A DNA stretch of 62,344 nucleotides from Candidatus Stahliibacteriota bacterium (GTDB lineage: Bacteria > Hydrothermota > Tepidihabitantia > SM23-42): contig JAUWCU010000004.1 of assembly GCA_030609135.1 (NCBI GenBank), forward strand, positions 1 through 62,344. Direction: 5' to 3'. The notes under the pieces were generated by a model that was not told where the DNA came from, ran no database searches, and worked only from the letters and a program-made list of their open reading frames with translations. How positions within the stretch are numbered: position 1 is the first letter of the stretch; each line of letters starts with the position of its first letter. Both the position numbers and the translations under genes were made by a program. Below are positions 59,943-62,344 of the stretch, piece by piece.

Positions 59943-62344
59943 AGAAAATCCTCATTATTGGTTCTGGACCAATTATCATTGGTCAAGCTGCCGAATTCGA
60001 TTTTTCAGGATCCCAAGCAAGCTGGTCCCTTAAGGAAGAGGGGTACCGCACAATCATTGTCAATTCAAATCCAGCGACAATACAAACTGATGAACGGACC
60101 GCTGACATCATCTATATCGAACCTCTCAACATCGATACATTAACCGAGATCATCAAAAAGGAACGTCCTGACGGACTGTTGCCAGGTTTTGGTGGACAGG
60201 TTGCACTCAACCTGTCATACAAATTGGCACAGCAAGGAATTCTCGGTAAGTATTCGGTCGAACTCCTTGGTTCAACTTATGAAACGATTGAAATAGCAGA
60301 AAACCGACAGGCATTCCGTCTTCTCATGGAAGCTGTGCACGAACCAATCCCCAGGAGTTCAGTGTGTCAGAGTCTCGACGGGGTACGTCAGGCGGTTGAA
60401 CAAATTTCCTACCCGGTACTTGTAAGACCGGCATATACACTCGGTGGTACTGGAAGTGGTGTGGCTGGATCCTGGCAGGATTTACAGGAAATCGCCTCAG
60501 CCGGACTGAGGCAGTCACCGATAAATCAAGTACTGGTCGAAGAGAACCTTCTGGGCTGGAAAGAATTTGAATACGAGGTCATGCGCGATGGAAACGATAA
60601 CTGTATAACGATATGCGGTATGGAAAACATCAATCCAATGGGTGTACACACCGGCGAAAGCACGGTTGTTGCTCCAATCCAAACGCTCACTGACCAAGAG
60701 AATCAAAAATTAAGAAGCACCAGTCTAAAGATCATAAGGGCTCTGAAAATATGCGGTGGGTGCAATATTCAGTTCGCAGTGAACAGATTCAAATGGGAAT
60801 ACAGAATAATTGAAGTGAACCCACGGGTATCACGTTCATCAGCCCTGGCATCAAAGGCTACTGGCTACCCGATCGCACGGGTAAGTGCGAAAATAGCAGT
60901 AGGTATGACTTTGGATGAAATACCCAACGCAGTAACCAAAAAAACATCTGCCGCATTTGAGCCAACGCTTGACTATGTTGTTGTCAAAATACCCCGCTGG
61001 CCATTTGACAAATTCCCCACGGTCGACCGTAGAATCACAACACAAATGAAATCAACCGGTGAAGCCATGGCAATTGGTAGCACTATGGAAGAATCGCTCC
61101 AAAAGGCACTGCGCGCTCTAGAAATAGACAAATACGGTTTTGAGCCAGAACCGATTATCGAACACGAATTGATAAAAGAACTGCAGGAACCAACTGACCG
61201 ATTACTCCTTTGTATTGCTGAAGCGTTGCGCCGTGGTTACTCTATAAAGAAGGTCTCGGAATTAACGAAGATAGATAAGTTCTTCATTCGGAAAATAGCG
61301 AGGATTGTAGCCTTTGAAAAAAGGTTGAAAAGAGAACATCTTGATGAACAGCTACTCAGGCAGGCAAAACTCCTGGGGTATTCTGATCAGACAATTGCCG
61401 AACTCACCAACCAGACCGCTCGTGAGATTCGTGGACTGAGAATTTCCCACGATATAAGACCGGGCTTTAACATGGTCGACACGTGTGCCGGTGAATTCGA
61501 AGCCATAACCCCTTACTTCTACTCTACTTACTACACTACGTCCGGTAAGAAATACAGAAAGAAAAATGAAAAACGGATTTTGATTGTCGGCTCAGGACCA
61601 ATACGTATCGGTCAAGGTATAGAATTTGACTACTGCTGTGTACACGCCGCCTTAACTTTGAAAGATGCCGGTTTTGAAGCTATCATGATAAACAGCAACC
61701 CTGAAACGGTATCAACGGATTTTGATGTCTCGAGCCGACTTTATTTCGAACCGTTAACCTTGGAGGACATTCTCAATGTTCTCGAAGAAGAAAACTGCAA
61801 CAAAATAATCCTCCAGTTTGGCGGGCAGACTTCGATAAACCTTGCCATGCCACTTGCCAAACTCGGAAAAACAGCGAAGCCAAGAATATCAATCCTTGGA
61901 ACCCAACCTTATGATATACACCGTGCCGAGGATCGGAAACTCTTCTCATACCTCCTGAAGTCGCTGAAAATCAAGCATCCTGCATTTGGTACTGGTTATA
62001 CCTATGAAGATGTCAAAACTGTGGCAGAACAGGTTGGCTATCCAGTAATCGTGAGACCAAGCTATGTCCTCGGTGGTCGTGCTATGGAAATAGTGTATGA
62101 ACCTGAGGGACTTGAGCAGTACATTGAAACCGCTGCTCAAGTTTCCAATACCCATCCAGTACTCGTTGATAAATACATAGCCGACGCCGTTGAAGTGGAT
62201 GTCGATGCGCTTTGTGATGGTCGCGATGTATATGTTGCCGGCATAATGGAACACATTGAACAAGCCGGGGTTCACTCGGGTGATTCATACTGTGTGATGC
62301 CTCCCTATACTCTCACGCCGCGCACGGTCAGTAGAATAAAATCA
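59921..62344 (+). CDS. carB: carbamoyl-phosphate synthase large subunit, 5' partial (808 codons, runs off the window)
   Basis: The track does not list it because no stop codon falls in the window. My own translation gives [33 protein letters not shown]...[15 protein letters not shown]...[24 protein letters not shown]...[23 protein letters not shown]...[17 protein letters not shown]. The start overlaps the carA end by 22 nt. Confidence 0.9.
   Translation, partial: [808 protein letters not shown]

Noticed and set aside
1-62344. A scan of every intergenic region for tRNA, rRNA, tmRNA, RNase P or SRP RNA genes.
   Set aside because: I found no GTTCGAATC-type T-loop or cloverleaf, no rRNA-like conserved blocks, and no RNase P or SRP signature strings by eye. 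A proper tRNAscan or Infernal run is still needed to be certain.

Overview
This 62.3-kb window is a chromosomal segment from what looks like an uncultivated, moderately AT-rich bacterium. The taxonomy is my inference. Five proteins end in type IX secretion (T9SS) C-terminal sorting domains and a PorV-like barrel is present, which points to the FCB superphylum. Strong AGGAGG Shine-Dalgarno (SD) sites argue against Bacteroidetes proper.

I call 45 CDSs, mostly housekeeping:
- Serine genes: aminotransferase, serA-like and DUF1015.
- ilvE, rpiB, glnA, lnt, pcrA/uvrD and recG.
- A complete mreBCD-mrdA-rodA elongasome operon.
- accB and accC, and carA and carB. carB runs off the 3' end and is missing from the ORF track.

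Accessory content:
- Two triple-GAF GGDEF cyclases.
- Two C25 (gingipain-like) peptidases and three further T9SS cargo proteins.
- A TonB-receptor / 905-aa cargo / PorV-like outer-membrane module.
- A 1117-aa ATPase-TPR-SARP regulator.
- An orphan MoxR ATPase.
- Three PilT-family ATPases.
- A REP-associated tyrosine transposase (RAYT).

I found no rRNA, tRNA or CRISPR.

The most unusual signal is in the non-coding DNA, where nearly every long intergenic region is a mosaic of dispersed structured repeats:
- 22 GTAG-headed REP hairpins with covarying stems, including a REPtron around the RAYT gene.
- Six GGAGTGCA...TGCACTCC nested palindromes.
- A 165-nt element with terminal inverted repeats.
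- A 36-bp insert sitting inside REP loops.
- Arrays of degenerate 7-8-nt periodic repeats.

Two further signals stand out:
- Eight genes have consensus TTGACA-N16-TATAAT promoters 6-13 nt from start codons that homology confirms. This implies leaderless or near-leaderless mRNAs alongside SD-led genes.
- Three perfect DnaA boxes cluster in the moxR promoter region.

All functional calls come from motif and family recognition by eye. No database search was run.
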